IMG/VR virus record: IMGVR_UViG_3300031566_000001
Span: 32,001 to 96,000 of that record
Source: a virus
Strand: one strand, 5' to 3'
Length of the DNA stretch: 64,000 nucleotides
In this document: one piece after another, positions 46,462 to 54,841 of the stretch
How the letters are laid out: each line of letters starts with the position of its first letter
Numbering within the stretch: the stretch's first letter is position 1
The notes under the pieces: generated by a model
The model's database searches: none
What the model saw: the letters and a program-made list of their open reading frames with translations, nothing else
Told to the model about the DNA's origin: nothing
Program-made: the position numbers and the translations under genes

Positions 46462-48007
46462 CGACTTCGCCCGGACCTTCGTGGGGGCTATGGGGGATGT
46501 ATCCCAGGGTCGGCTCAAGGAGTGGGCCATGCGCGGCACCGACATCACCCCGGCGGATTGGGGGGAACGGTACTTCTACATCGAGGATCCCTGCGATGTG
46601 GAGACCGGGCGGCAGCTGACCCCAGGGCCTATAAGGCTGTTTTCGCTCCAGAAGGCATTGCTCAAGGCAGCGCTGGAGATCACACCGGAGTTGGGATTTC
46701 GTTGGCAGAGCATTGTATTTTCGGCTATCAAGAAATCAGGAAAGTCCAGGCTGGCGGCTATGGTGGATGCGTGGGTGGCTGACCAGATGGGGCCGTTTGC
46801 GGAAGTCTACCTGGCGGCCAATGATGGGAAGCAGTCGGGGGATCGGCTTCTGAACTGCATCGCCCGGAGCATAGAGCTGAATCAGAAATTGGGGACCGGC
46901 CTTGTGATGACCCGGTGGAAGGACCGCAAGACCGCAATCTCGCTACCCAACGGCTCGGTCATTGAGGCCATCCCTGTAGACCCCACAGGTCAGGCAGGTG
47001 GTAACCCGGCCTGTGTTACGTTCTCAGAGCTTTGGGGATACCGCCTGGAGGACAAGCAAAGGCTGTGGGCGGCGCTTACGCTATCGCCTACGAAGCGTGG
47101 GCTGTCCTTTCGTTGGGTGGACACCTATGCGGGGTACGAGGGGGAAAGCAACACCCTGGAGAACCTGTACGACCAGGGTGTGAACAAGGGCCGCCTCTGG
47201 GTGGACTGGGCTGATGAGAACCGCATCGAGTATGACCCCATCCTGAGAGAGCAGGAGATACCCTTGTTCGTCAACGAGGCCACAAGGTTATGGTGCTACT
47301 GGGAGACGGAGCCGCGGTTCCCCTGGCAGACGGAAGCGTACTATCAGGAGCAGGCCGGGGCCTTGACGGAGCTGGAATTCCGCCGGGTACACAAGAATGA
47401 GTGGGTCACCTCGGAGGATGTTTTCGTACCTATCGAGTGGTGGCACGGCTGCGCGGTGGAGACGCCCTTCCCGCCGTTGCAGTCGAGTGAGGAAGTGATC
47501 CTGGGGGTAGACGCAGCGGTCAGTGGCGATTCGTTCGCAGTGGTGGGTGTCACGCGGCATCCGATGGCCCCTGGCACTCACGTGGCGGTGCGCTACAGCC
47601 GGGTATGGTACCCACCCAAGGGCGGGGAGCTGGACTTCGGCCCTATCGACCAGGAGATACGGCGCTTCTGTGGGGAGCACAACGTGGTGGAGGTGGCCTA
47701 CGACAAGTGGCAGCTACACAAGCTGGCCACAGACCAGGGCAAGGACTACGTGGCCCACTGGAGGTCCTTCAGCCAGGGGTCCGAGCGTTTGGAGTCGGAC
47801 GTACAGCTATACCAGCTCATCAGGGCCAAGGAATGCACCCATGATGGGACGCACCATGAGCTGACCCGGCACATCGCCAATGCCAATAGCAAGATGAGCA
47901 AGGAAGAGGAGACGCGGCTGCGGATTGTCAAGAGCAAACGGGGCAAGATTGATGCGTGTGTGGCGCTCTCTATGGCGGCGCACCGGTGTTTATACCTGAA
48001 CCTGTGA
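46427..48007 (+). CDS. terL: terminase large subunit
   Basis: IKKSGKS Walker A, FRRVHKNEW, LGVDAAVSGD, AYDKW, KIDACVAL; start uncertain (46427 TTG or 46490 ATG). Confidence 0.9.
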   Translation: MSEAALRGFAPDDFARTFVGAMGDVSQGRLKEWAMRGTDITPADWGERYFYIEDPCDVETGRQLTPGPIRLFSLQKALLKAALEITPELGFRWQSIVFSAIKKSGKSRLAAMVDAWVADQMGPFAEVYLAANDGKQSGDRLLNCIARSIELNQKLGTGLVMTRWKDRKTAISLPNGSVIEAIPVDPTGQAGGNPACVTFSELWGYRLEDKQRLWAALTLSPTKRGLSFRWVDTYAGYEGESNTLENLYDQGVNKGRLWVDWADENRIEYDPILREQEIPLFVNEATRLWCYWETEPRFPWQTEAYYQEQAGALTELEFRRVHKNEWVTSEDVFVPIEWWHGCAVETPFPPLQSSEEVILGVDAAVSGDSFAVVGVTRHPMAPGTHVAVRYSRVWYPPKGGELDFGPIDQEIRRFCGEHNVVEVAYDKWQLHKLATDQGKDYVAHWRSFSQGSERLESDVQLYQLIRAKECTHDGTHHELTRHIANANSKMSKEEETRLRIVKSKRGKIDACVALSMAAHRCLYLNL

Positions 48008-48219
48008 GGGGAGAGATGAAGCAAGAACTCTGTCCGGTATGCCGCGGTAAGAAAATAATCGTGTCCACTCATATCTCGGGGGTTCTCTCCCAGAGGAAGT
48101 GCTCAGCCTGCGGTGGCACGGGAATCGTCAAGCCGAAGACCTGCAACATGCCCCCAGGATCGTGTGGGGGCTGCCCAGGTCGGTTCTAAGGCGCTTAAAG
48201 CTGAGATGAGGGGTATCCC

Positions 48220-48777
48220 ATGTCTAACACGGTAATCATTGCGGGCAGGAACTACACTGACCCAGATAGGCCAGCACAGGCTCCGCACATTGACGCGGAC
48301 GGTACTGCGTATATCAGGACGCTGGGTCAGAGTGACGTGGTGATGCTGTCCGAACCAGCATTGGCTGCCGCCAGGGCGGGGACAGCATTCTGCCACAAGG
48401 TGAACAGTAAGGTGGGCATCAATGGTGCGCCAACGGTGCTGACGGATGCGGGCCTGCTCAGGACAACGACTGCAGGCTACAGGGACGTTATCACTTGCCT
48501 CTATGCCTATCTGAGCACATTCAGCGATTCGTGTGAGTTTGAGATAGGCTACACGGCAAACGCGGATGGCACGGGGGCATTTACGGCGATGACGATGATG
48601 TTTGGCCTTGATACTGGCGCTGCCTCTTCGGTGCCTTCACCAAGCCTTACGATGCTTAGCCCACCCATTGTCATCACACCAGCCATGGGCGGGGCATGGA
48701 CTATCAGGGCACAGACCAATGATGCAGGTGCAACGGTGACATTCGGCATAAACGGCTGGCGCGAGCTTATCACCTAA
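48220..48777 (+). CDS. putative virion structural protein
   Basis: Ala/Gly/Thr-rich beta-type composition in the late operon. Confidence 0.55.
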   Translation: MSNTVIIAGRNYTDPDRPAQAPHIDADGTAYIRTLGQSDVVMLSEPALAAARAGTAFCHKVNSKVGINGAPTVLTDAGLLRTTTAGYRDVITCLYAYLSTFSDSCEFEIGYTANADGTGAFTAMTMMFGLDTGAASSVPSPSLTMLSPPIVITPAMGGAWTIRAQTNDAGATVTFGINGWRELIT

Positions 48778-48778
48778 T

Positions 48779-48823
48779 TCTTTGCCAGCAAAGGAAACGC
48801 TGGCCTAGCCTTTTGTGCAAAAG
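48779..48823. promoter_or_regulatory. bipartite palindromic operator (reversed order)
   Basis: TCTTTGCCAGCAAAGG, 15 bp, CTTTTGTGCAAAAG. Confidence 0.65.
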
Positions 48824-48832
48824 GGGAGAACG

Positions 48833-49228
48833 ATGGCGAGAGTAGAGATAGCGGGACACGGCCAGGATAGCAATACGCCCATCGGTGCGGTATTCAGTGA
48901 GCAGGGCATCATCGTGCCGCCTTATGATGACTTGGTTAGTTACGGGCCGACCGATGCGCCCGCTGTCAACAAGGCGATATACACGCCCAGTGCCAGCTTC
49001 CGGTTCATCCCTCAGTTGGTTGTGATGTCCTGTGAGGGGGCACAGATCTTCACTTTCGCCTGCGGGACCTGGCACATGACCATTTACATCTCTGGGCAGT
49101 CAGGGGGCACGGAGGTCATTCCCTTCGTCGGTGGGGGCCTGCGGCTGGCACGGCTGCCGTTGTTATTGACTACGCCCAACGCGGTGAATCACTACGTGGG
49201 CTTCATGGGTAGGCAGGTGGTGGAATAG
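48833..49228 (+). CDS. putative virion structural protein
   Basis: GGAG RBS; late operon. Confidence 0.55.
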   Translation: MARVEIAGHGQDSNTPIGAVFSEQGIIVPPYDDLVSYGPTDAPAVNKAIYTPSASFRFIPQLVVMSCEGAQIFTFACGTWHMTIYISGQSGGTEVIPFVGGGLRLARLPLLLTTPNAVNHYVGFMGRQVVE

Positions 49229-49235
49229 GGGGCGC

Positions 49236-49637
49236 ATGATGAGCATAGCACAAACGGTACTGATAGCAGGTAGAGGAGCGGACGGGACACCTCAGGTTAT
49301 TGAGGTAACTGTTGGGGGTGCATTGCCGGTCAGCGCATCGGCGGCGGACAACCCTACCTATCCTCTGGTGCGGAACCTGACCCTGACCCTGGCTAATACG
49401 GAATATGCACAGGTTCTCCCTGCTAACTGTCGGTCCTTCGAGTTTCATTGCCGCACGGCCAACGATATTCGGTTTGCGTTCGAGCCGGGGCGTGTCGGCC
49501 CACCGGCGGCGCCGTACATGACCTTGCCCTCTGGCTTGTGGTACTACTCCGAGGAGGTCTACTTGCAACCAGTGTGGACCCTCTACTTCGCCAGCGCGGT
49601 TGCCGCCGTGGTGGTGGAACTCATAGGGTGGACGTAA
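49236..49637 (+). CDS. putative virion structural protein
   Basis: TLTLANTEYAQVLP...TLYFAS...VELIGW jelly-roll-like pattern. Confidence 0.55.
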   Translation: MMSIAQTVLIAGRGADGTPQVIEVTVGGALPVSASAADNPTYPLVRNLTLTLANTEYAQVLPANCRSFEFHCRTANDIRFAFEPGRVGPPAAPYMTLPSGLWYYSEEVYLQPVWTLYFASAVAAVVVELIGWT

Positions 49638-49638
49638 G

Positions 49639-50712
49639 ATGCCGGTAAGGGGTGGCGCGGGCCTTCTAGCGGCCTTGCTGGAGACGGGGCAGATAACGCC
49701 CTACAGCTTCTTCGATGATGGGAGCTACGAGGCGGGCGTAGCCAAAGCCTATACCGTCAACGCCCTGGCGGGCAACACCGATATTGAGGTCGCCCACTAC
49801 GCGGCGGGTACGCTCAGCTTCACCGCGCCCGGCACCATAGCGGATGCTGCAAATGGGCTGGCGGGCTGGGCGGTGAATGACCGCATGGTCATCAAGGGTA
49901 GTGGCTCCAACGACGGTGAGGTTACAGTCACGGGCATCGGTGGAGCACCGGCGAACCTGACCATCTCTGCGGCGGTGAATGAGCTGGCAGGGGCCATGAC
50001 CTCATTGTATAAGGTGGCTGCGCACTCAAACAACGTCGTCACGGACACCAACACGGGGTTAATGTGGAGCCGCAACACCTCCACAGGTGAGGCCGTAGGG
50101 CCGATGAGCAACGGTCTATTGAACTGGTACAACGTGGCGACGGACTGTGCAATCTATGCTGGGGTTAACACCGTGAGTGTGATAATGCCCGGCAATATCT
50201 TCCGCGTCATCGGAGGGGCCGCCTTGACCCAATTTCATATCGGGGACTGCATCATGGCGGCGGGGTTCGTCAACGGGGTCAACAATCTCCCCAATGCCTA
50301 TGTGGTGAGCGCCACACCTAATGGTGCCGATTTGGACATCGTTGTGGACCCCGGCAATCAGGTCTTGATAGCTGAGGGCGCAGTAGGCGACTGGATTTAT
50401 CTCAATTGCCAGTCCATCTTCAACTATGCGGCGGGGGCACGGCTGGGGAGCGTGGGCACGTACACGGATTGGCGAGTGCCAAATCGGGTCGAGATTATGG
50501 GCCTTGTTGGAATGGAAGCAGGGGCAGTATTGCCTGATGTACTCGCATTCCCTGGCTGGCCCGCAGCGCCTATTTGGCAGTCAACCACCTGCCCAGGACA
50601 GATACTAGCCGCCTGGAGAATCGATTTGGCGGCGGGCATTAACCAAGGGCAAGCGTTAAGGATAGCCAAGGCTGCGAATGGTATCACTGCCCTTGTGAGG
50701 CTAGGAACATGA
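49639..50712 (+). CDS. DUF1566/Lcl-C (C-type lectin-fold) protein with two inserted domains
   Basis: ETGQITPY..DDG, VTDTNTGLMW, YTDWRVPNRVE, WQSTT. Confidence 0.7.
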   Translation: MPVRGGAGLLAALLETGQITPYSFFDDGSYEAGVAKAYTVNALAGNTDIEVAHYAAGTLSFTAPGTIADAANGLAGWAVNDRMVIKGSGSNDGEVTVTGIGGAPANLTISAAVNELAGAMTSLYKVAAHSNNVVTDTNTGLMWSRNTSTGEAVGPMSNGLLNWYNVATDCAIYAGVNTVSVIMPGNIFRVIGGAALTQFHIGDCIMAAGFVNGVNNLPNAYVVSATPNGADLDIVVDPGNQVLIAEGAVGDWIYLNCQSIFNYAAGARLGSVGTYTDWRVPNRVEIMGLVGMEAGAVLPDVLAFPGWPAAPIWQSTTCPGQILAAWRIDLAAGINQGQALRIAKAANGITALVRLGT

Positions 50713-51266
50713 TAGACCTGCAATCTAAGACGCTGGACGAACTCAGGGCGATGGACAAAGAGGACATCATCAAGGCCATCTTCGAGGGCGAGACTTACAG
50801 CGACCCTCATTTGGTCAAGGACCAGTTTGGCAACAACGTGGAGCTGGTTGATGAGATTCGCCAGAAGTACGACGGCAACCTGGTGGGGCGGCGCGTTGTC
50901 AGGTGGACCTATCACGACGCTAAAGAGGGCATTGTCAACGAAATCATCACTGAGGACGGCAAGGTGAGGGATATGGTCACCCACCCGCTAGACGGCAGGC
51001 AGCCTACGCTCAGGAGGGTGCCCATTGCGGAGCCGGTGCCGCTGGAGGAGCTGGGCGGCATGGGCGGCGCGGCTGTTGTGCCGGAACCAGTGCTGCCGGA
51101 GCCGGAGCCGCTTATCTTGCCGGTGCCCCTTCGAGCTGTAGAGGTCACACCGGAGCCGGTTATCACTGAAGAGCCAGCTATCATCGAGGCACCGCTGACC
51201 AAGTGGCAGCGGTTCAAGAAGCGGGCGGAGCGCATCATCTTCCTGCTACCGGACGACGTAGTATAA
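50709..51266 (+). CDS. hypothetical protein with a Pro/Glu-rich linker
   Basis: ATGA overlap; PEPV repeats. Confidence 0.6.
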   Translation: MIDLQSKTLDELRAMDKEDIIKAIFEGETYSDPHLVKDQFGNNVELVDEIRQKYDGNLVGRRVVRWTYHDAKEGIVNEIITEDGKVRDMVTHPLDGRQPTLRRVPIAEPVPLEELGGMGGAAVVPEPVLPEPEPLILPVPLRAVEVTPEPVITEEPAIIEAPLTKWQRFKKRAERIIFLLPDDVV

Positions 51267-51275
51267 GGGGAAGGC

Positions 51276-53501
51276 ATGGCTAAGAAGAAGCGCAGACCGG
51301 AGCCGACCAAAGAAGAGGTCATCCTGGAAGAGGACGCTAAGGTCGCCAAGCCGCCTGCAGACATTGCGGCTGCGGCCAGGGCCTCCGTGCAGGAAACGGC
51401 CCCGACGGGCTGGGGTGGTTCTCAGATATTCCTGTTCCAGATGGCGCTCAAGGCAGATGAGGCCCCCTTGTGGTGGACCGTGCAGCGTGACGCGTGGCTG
51501 CGTTCATTCTGGCAGACTGCACCTTTCTTACCGGGGGTCATTTACTCTATAGCGGCCCGCAATGCAGCCTTCCGATTTGAGTTCACTGGTCCGGAGGAGC
51601 AGGTTCAATATTCTAAGGACCTGTGTGCTCAGGCAGACCTTGGAGCGGGCTGGCAGTCGTTTGTGATGAAGCTCACGCAGGACTTGCTTACACAAGATAA
51701 TGGTGCATTTATCGAGGTCATTCGGCCTGCCAGGGTACGCACTAAGAAGGGATTACTCCAGGCGGTCAAGGCCCGCGGCTCAGATGGGGAGATGGAATGG
51801 TTCCAGGTGTACCGCAATCAGATAGAACCCATTGACCTGGAGGAGTACAAGGTTGAGGACTCGCCGGTGGACCAACCTCTGGGTATTGCACATCTGGATG
51901 CAGGACGGTGCCAGAGGACGGGGGATATTGATTATCCTGTAGTCTACACAGACCGCAAGAATCAGAAACACAAATTGGCCTGGTGGCAAGTTATCACTCT
52001 AGAGGACATGCCCAGCCCTCAAGAGGACATGAACAATGTGGGCTTCTGCGCGGTGTCTCGGATACTGAGGGCGGCGCAGATACTACGAGACGTTGCAATC
52101 TACAAGCAGGAGAAGGTTTCAGGGCGTTTTGCGGGTTCTGTGTGGGTGACTAATGTGGATGCAACTCGTGTCACGGATGCGGTGAAACAGGCCAAGGTGA
52201 ATGCGGACCAGTTGGGGTTGTCTCGATATATGCCGCCTATCATCGCCTCACTTTTGGATCCCCAGGCCGATCCCAAAGCCATAGAGATAGCCCTAGCTTC
52301 TTTGCCCGATGGCTTCGATGAAGAGGTTGCTCTGCGGTGGTACATTACGGAGCTGGCGCTGGGCACGGGCACGGATTACACCTACCTGGCCCCATTGCCG
52401 GGGCAGGGGCTGGGTACGGCTACTCAGGTAGAGACCATGGCCCGGCAGACCAAGGGCAAGAGTTCAAGAATATTTATGAACACGTTGGAGTTCAAGTTCC
52501 GGTATCATCGACTGCTGCCGGGTCAGGTAGACATGAACTTTGTGGAGGTAGATGCAGAGGAGCAGGAGACCAAGGATGCGGCAACGCAGCGCCGGGCTGA
52601 GACGAGAGCTATATGTATCCAGAGCGGGGAGATCACCCCGCAGGTGGCCCGTCAGATCGCAGTGGACCAGGGGGACCTGGAGCCGGACTACCTGGATATG
52701 ATGGAGGAAGAGGAAGTTACGTCAGAGGTCACGGAAGAGCCGGAGGAGTCACCCGGCGGGTTTGAGCCGGGGGATGTGACCGAAGAGCCAGAGGAGAAAG
52801 GGGTCTGGGCACGGCTCAAGGCCCTGGGGGATCGGCTGCAGCTCAGACGTCGGAACTCCGGCTACGAGGGCAAGGTCAACGCCTATGCTGAGAAGTTGAT
52901 AACAGCCTACGATGAGTGGGCGCAGAAGTGGGCCAAGCGCATCGCCGGGGCCTCCTTGATAGATCGGGATGTGTTTATCAGGGATGCGGCTAATGAGATA
53001 GATGACATCATGCAGGAGATCGCCCTCAAGGGTCTACCGGAGGCCTACGCGCTGGGCCTAGAAGAGGAGGAGCTGACTCAGGATGGTGCGCTGGCCGTAG
53101 AGGCGTATACGGACCGCAACCTGCGCTTCCTGGAGTTCAGCTTGAACCCTGACGTGCAGACCAAGCTCAAGGGGTTGGGCGATGAGGGGTTGAAGGATGC
53201 AGGGGCCGTGCTGGGTGTCCTGGGTACGTTCAGGGGCCGTGTAGCGACGTATGCGGGGCCGTACTGGGTAATGGTATGGAAGGGTACAGAAGAGCGTGCC
53301 AAGGCGCAGGGGCAGGCACAGGAGCGTGTGATACCCGTCACACGGCATCTGGACGACAGGGCTGAGCACTGTGATACCTGCCCGCCCAAGGCCGGGGCGT
53401 ACAAGTCCTGGGCGGAGATGATTGCAGAGTGCGGCGGGGTCCCGGCGGATTCTTCGGATTCATGTGGCTGTAATTGTCGCTGCTGGATCACGCTAGGATA
53501 G
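51276..53501 (+). CDS. portal protein with a C-terminal minor-head (MuF-like) extension
   Basis: Position after TerL; DLLTQDNGAFIE, GFCAVSR; acidic linker then HCDTC...CGCNCRC. Confidence 0.75.
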   Translation: MAKKKRRPEPTKEEVILEEDAKVAKPPADIAAAARASVQETAPTGWGGSQIFLFQMALKADEAPLWWTVQRDAWLRSFWQTAPFLPGVIYSIAARNAAFRFEFTGPEEQVQYSKDLCAQADLGAGWQSFVMKLTQDLLTQDNGAFIEVIRPARVRTKKGLLQAVKARGSDGEMEWFQVYRNQIEPIDLEEYKVEDSPVDQPLGIAHLDAGRCQRTGDIDYPVVYTDRKNQKHKLAWWQVITLEDMPSPQEDMNNVGFCAVSRILRAAQILRDVAIYKQEKVSGRFAGSVWVTNVDATRVTDAVKQAKVNADQLGLSRYMPPIIASLLDPQADPKAIEIALASLPDGFDEEVALRWYITELALGTGTDYTYLAPLPGQGLGTATQVETMARQTKGKSSRIFMNTLEFKFRYHRLLPGQVDMNFVEVDAEEQETKDAATQRRAETRAICIQSGEITPQVARQIAVDQGDLEPDYLDMMEEEEVTSEVTEEPEESPGGFEPGDVTEEPEEKGVWARLKALGDRLQLRRRNSGYEGKVNAYAEKLITAYDEWAQKWAKRIAGASLIDRDVFIRDAANEIDDIMQEIALKGLPEAYALGLEEEELTQDGALAVEAYTDRNLRFLEFSLNPDVQTKLKGLGDEGLKDAGAVLGVLGTFRGRVATYAGPYWVMVWKGTEERAKAQGQAQERVIPVTRHLDDRAEHCDTCPPKAGAYKSWAEMIAECGGVPADSSDSCGCNCRCWITLG

Positions 53502-53514
53502 ATTGGAGGGCACA

Positions 53515-53952
53515 ATGGTTGCCGACAATTCTGAATCCGCTAAGGCCGAAGTTACTATCTATGCTTTCCATCATCCTGATTGGAAGCGTGATGAACCAGG
53601 TTCATGGATATATGTTGGTCACACTGCCCGTGAGCTACAAGAGAGACTCAGAGAACACTTAGAGGCTGCCGATAATGGTAGTACAAGTCCTTGGCCTATG
53701 ATTGATCACCTGCGTGAATTGCTGAATGAGGACAGGATGCCAGTAGGAGGTATTTTAGAAACCTGTCCGTATGAACTTCGGTATTCTGCGGAAGCCTACT
53801 GGATTTGTATACTCAAAACAGAGGGGCATAATGTTGTCAACGGTGGCGGCCGAGAAGTAATGATAGCTCTTGATTGGGCTATTCAGATTGCCACCGAATT
53901 TCAAGAAGCAGGAAATTCTTGGGCACATTATGCCCTTAGGAGATTACAATGA
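53515..53952 (+). CDS. GIY-YIG-like endonuclease
   Basis: TIYAF...IYVGHT...RLREH...E.YWI...N; lower GC. Confidence 0.7.
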   Translation: MVADNSESAKAEVTIYAFHHPDWKRDEPGSWIYVGHTARELQERLREHLEAADNGSTSPWPMIDHLRELLNEDRMPVGGILETCPYELRYSAEAYWICILKTEGHNVVNGGGREVMIALDWAIQIATEFQEAGNSWAHYALRRLQ

Positions 53953-54131
53953 CAAAGAGCATAGACATTCCCATAGCGAGCGTCACTAAGGACCTCACCG
54001 TCCAGGTGAACCTTACAGGCTTCCGCCAGTGGCACCTGCGGCTGCGTGTGGGTATGGTCCTGATGCGGCTCGCCATCTGGATATCAGGTATGGGATGCAA
54101 TGTGGAGGAACCGGTAAACGATGCCCCCTAG
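53949..54131 (+). CDS. hypothetical protein
   Basis: ATGA overlap. Confidence 0.5.
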   Translation: MTKSIDIPIASVTKDLTVQVNLTGFRQWHLRLRVGMVLMRLAIWISGMGCNVEEPVNDAP

Positions 54132-54618
54132 AATCAGGCTTGAGCGCATCGGGTCTGATAAACCCATTGTGGATACCAAGAAGTTCGTCAGGGGCCTGGT
54201 GCGGGCCGTGGATGATACCGTGGCCATCGTGGAGAGCAACTTCAAGGCCACTACAAGAACCTGGAAGCACCAGGTCCGGTTCAAGCGCCGCAGAGCCACC
54301 AGGCGGGGTGATACCATCGAGGGTGACGTGACCACGAACGATGAGATATACGGTTACGTCTCAGGGGGTACACGGAGGCATTTCGTGCGGCCCCGTCGAG
54401 CTAAGGCACTGCGATTCAGGGGTGGCAAGTATGGAGCCAAGACACGCCCCAGGGTTTTGGGATCACGCAAGGGTGGTGGTCGGGGTGCGTTTGTGTTCTC
54501 TAAAGGGCATTGGGTGAAGGGCATCAAGGCTAGGGAGTTCCCGCAAGAGATCGCCAAGCGGCGCCAAAGGAACCTGCACAACTTCGTCATCAGGGCATAC
54601 GCGGAGGCCAGAGGGTGA
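54121..54618 (+). CDS. HK97 gp10-like neck/tail completion protein
   Basis: YGYVSGGTRRHFVRPRRAKALRF...VKGIKAREF. Confidence 0.6.
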   Translation: MPPRIRLERIGSDKPIVDTKKFVRGLVRAVDDTVAIVESNFKATTRTWKHQVRFKRRRATRRGDTIEGDVTTNDEIYGYVSGGTRRHFVRPRRAKALRFRGGKYGAKTRPRVLGSRKGGGRGAFVFSKGHWVKGIKAREFPQEIAKRRQRNLHNFVIRAYAEARG

Positions 54619-54764
54619 ACAGCAAAGACCGCAAGCTGCTGATGGAACAACGCAGGGCTTTGTTGCTACAGGTAGACGCTATTGAGCGCAGGGTGGGGAT
54701 TGCACCCACGACAGCAGACTTGCGTAAGCAAACGAAATGTGATAAGGTTGTTGTCAAACCATAA
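54615..54764 (+). CDS. small hypothetical protein (49 aa, not in the ORF track)
   Basis: GTGA overlap, GGAGG RBS; MNSKDRKLLMEQRRALLLQVDAIERRVGIAPTTADLRK... Confidence 0.55.
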   Translation: MNSKDRKLLMEQRRALLLQVDAIERRVGIAPTTADLRKQTKCDKVVVKP

Positions 54765-54841
54765 GAAGGCTTCCCGAGAGGCACGCCGTTCACCATGCGG
54801 TCACCGCGCAAGCGACCACCGCAGGAGGGCGGCGTTTCTTT

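Noticed and set aside
49639-50712. Diversity-generating retroelement
   Set aside because: A possible target fold is present, but no reverse transcriptase or template repeat is seen in the window.
54682-54712. tRNA-like 3' half on the minus strand (GTCGTGGGTGCAATCCCCACC...)
   Set aside because: No matching 5' acceptor or D arm, and it lies inside a plausible + strand 49-aa ORF.
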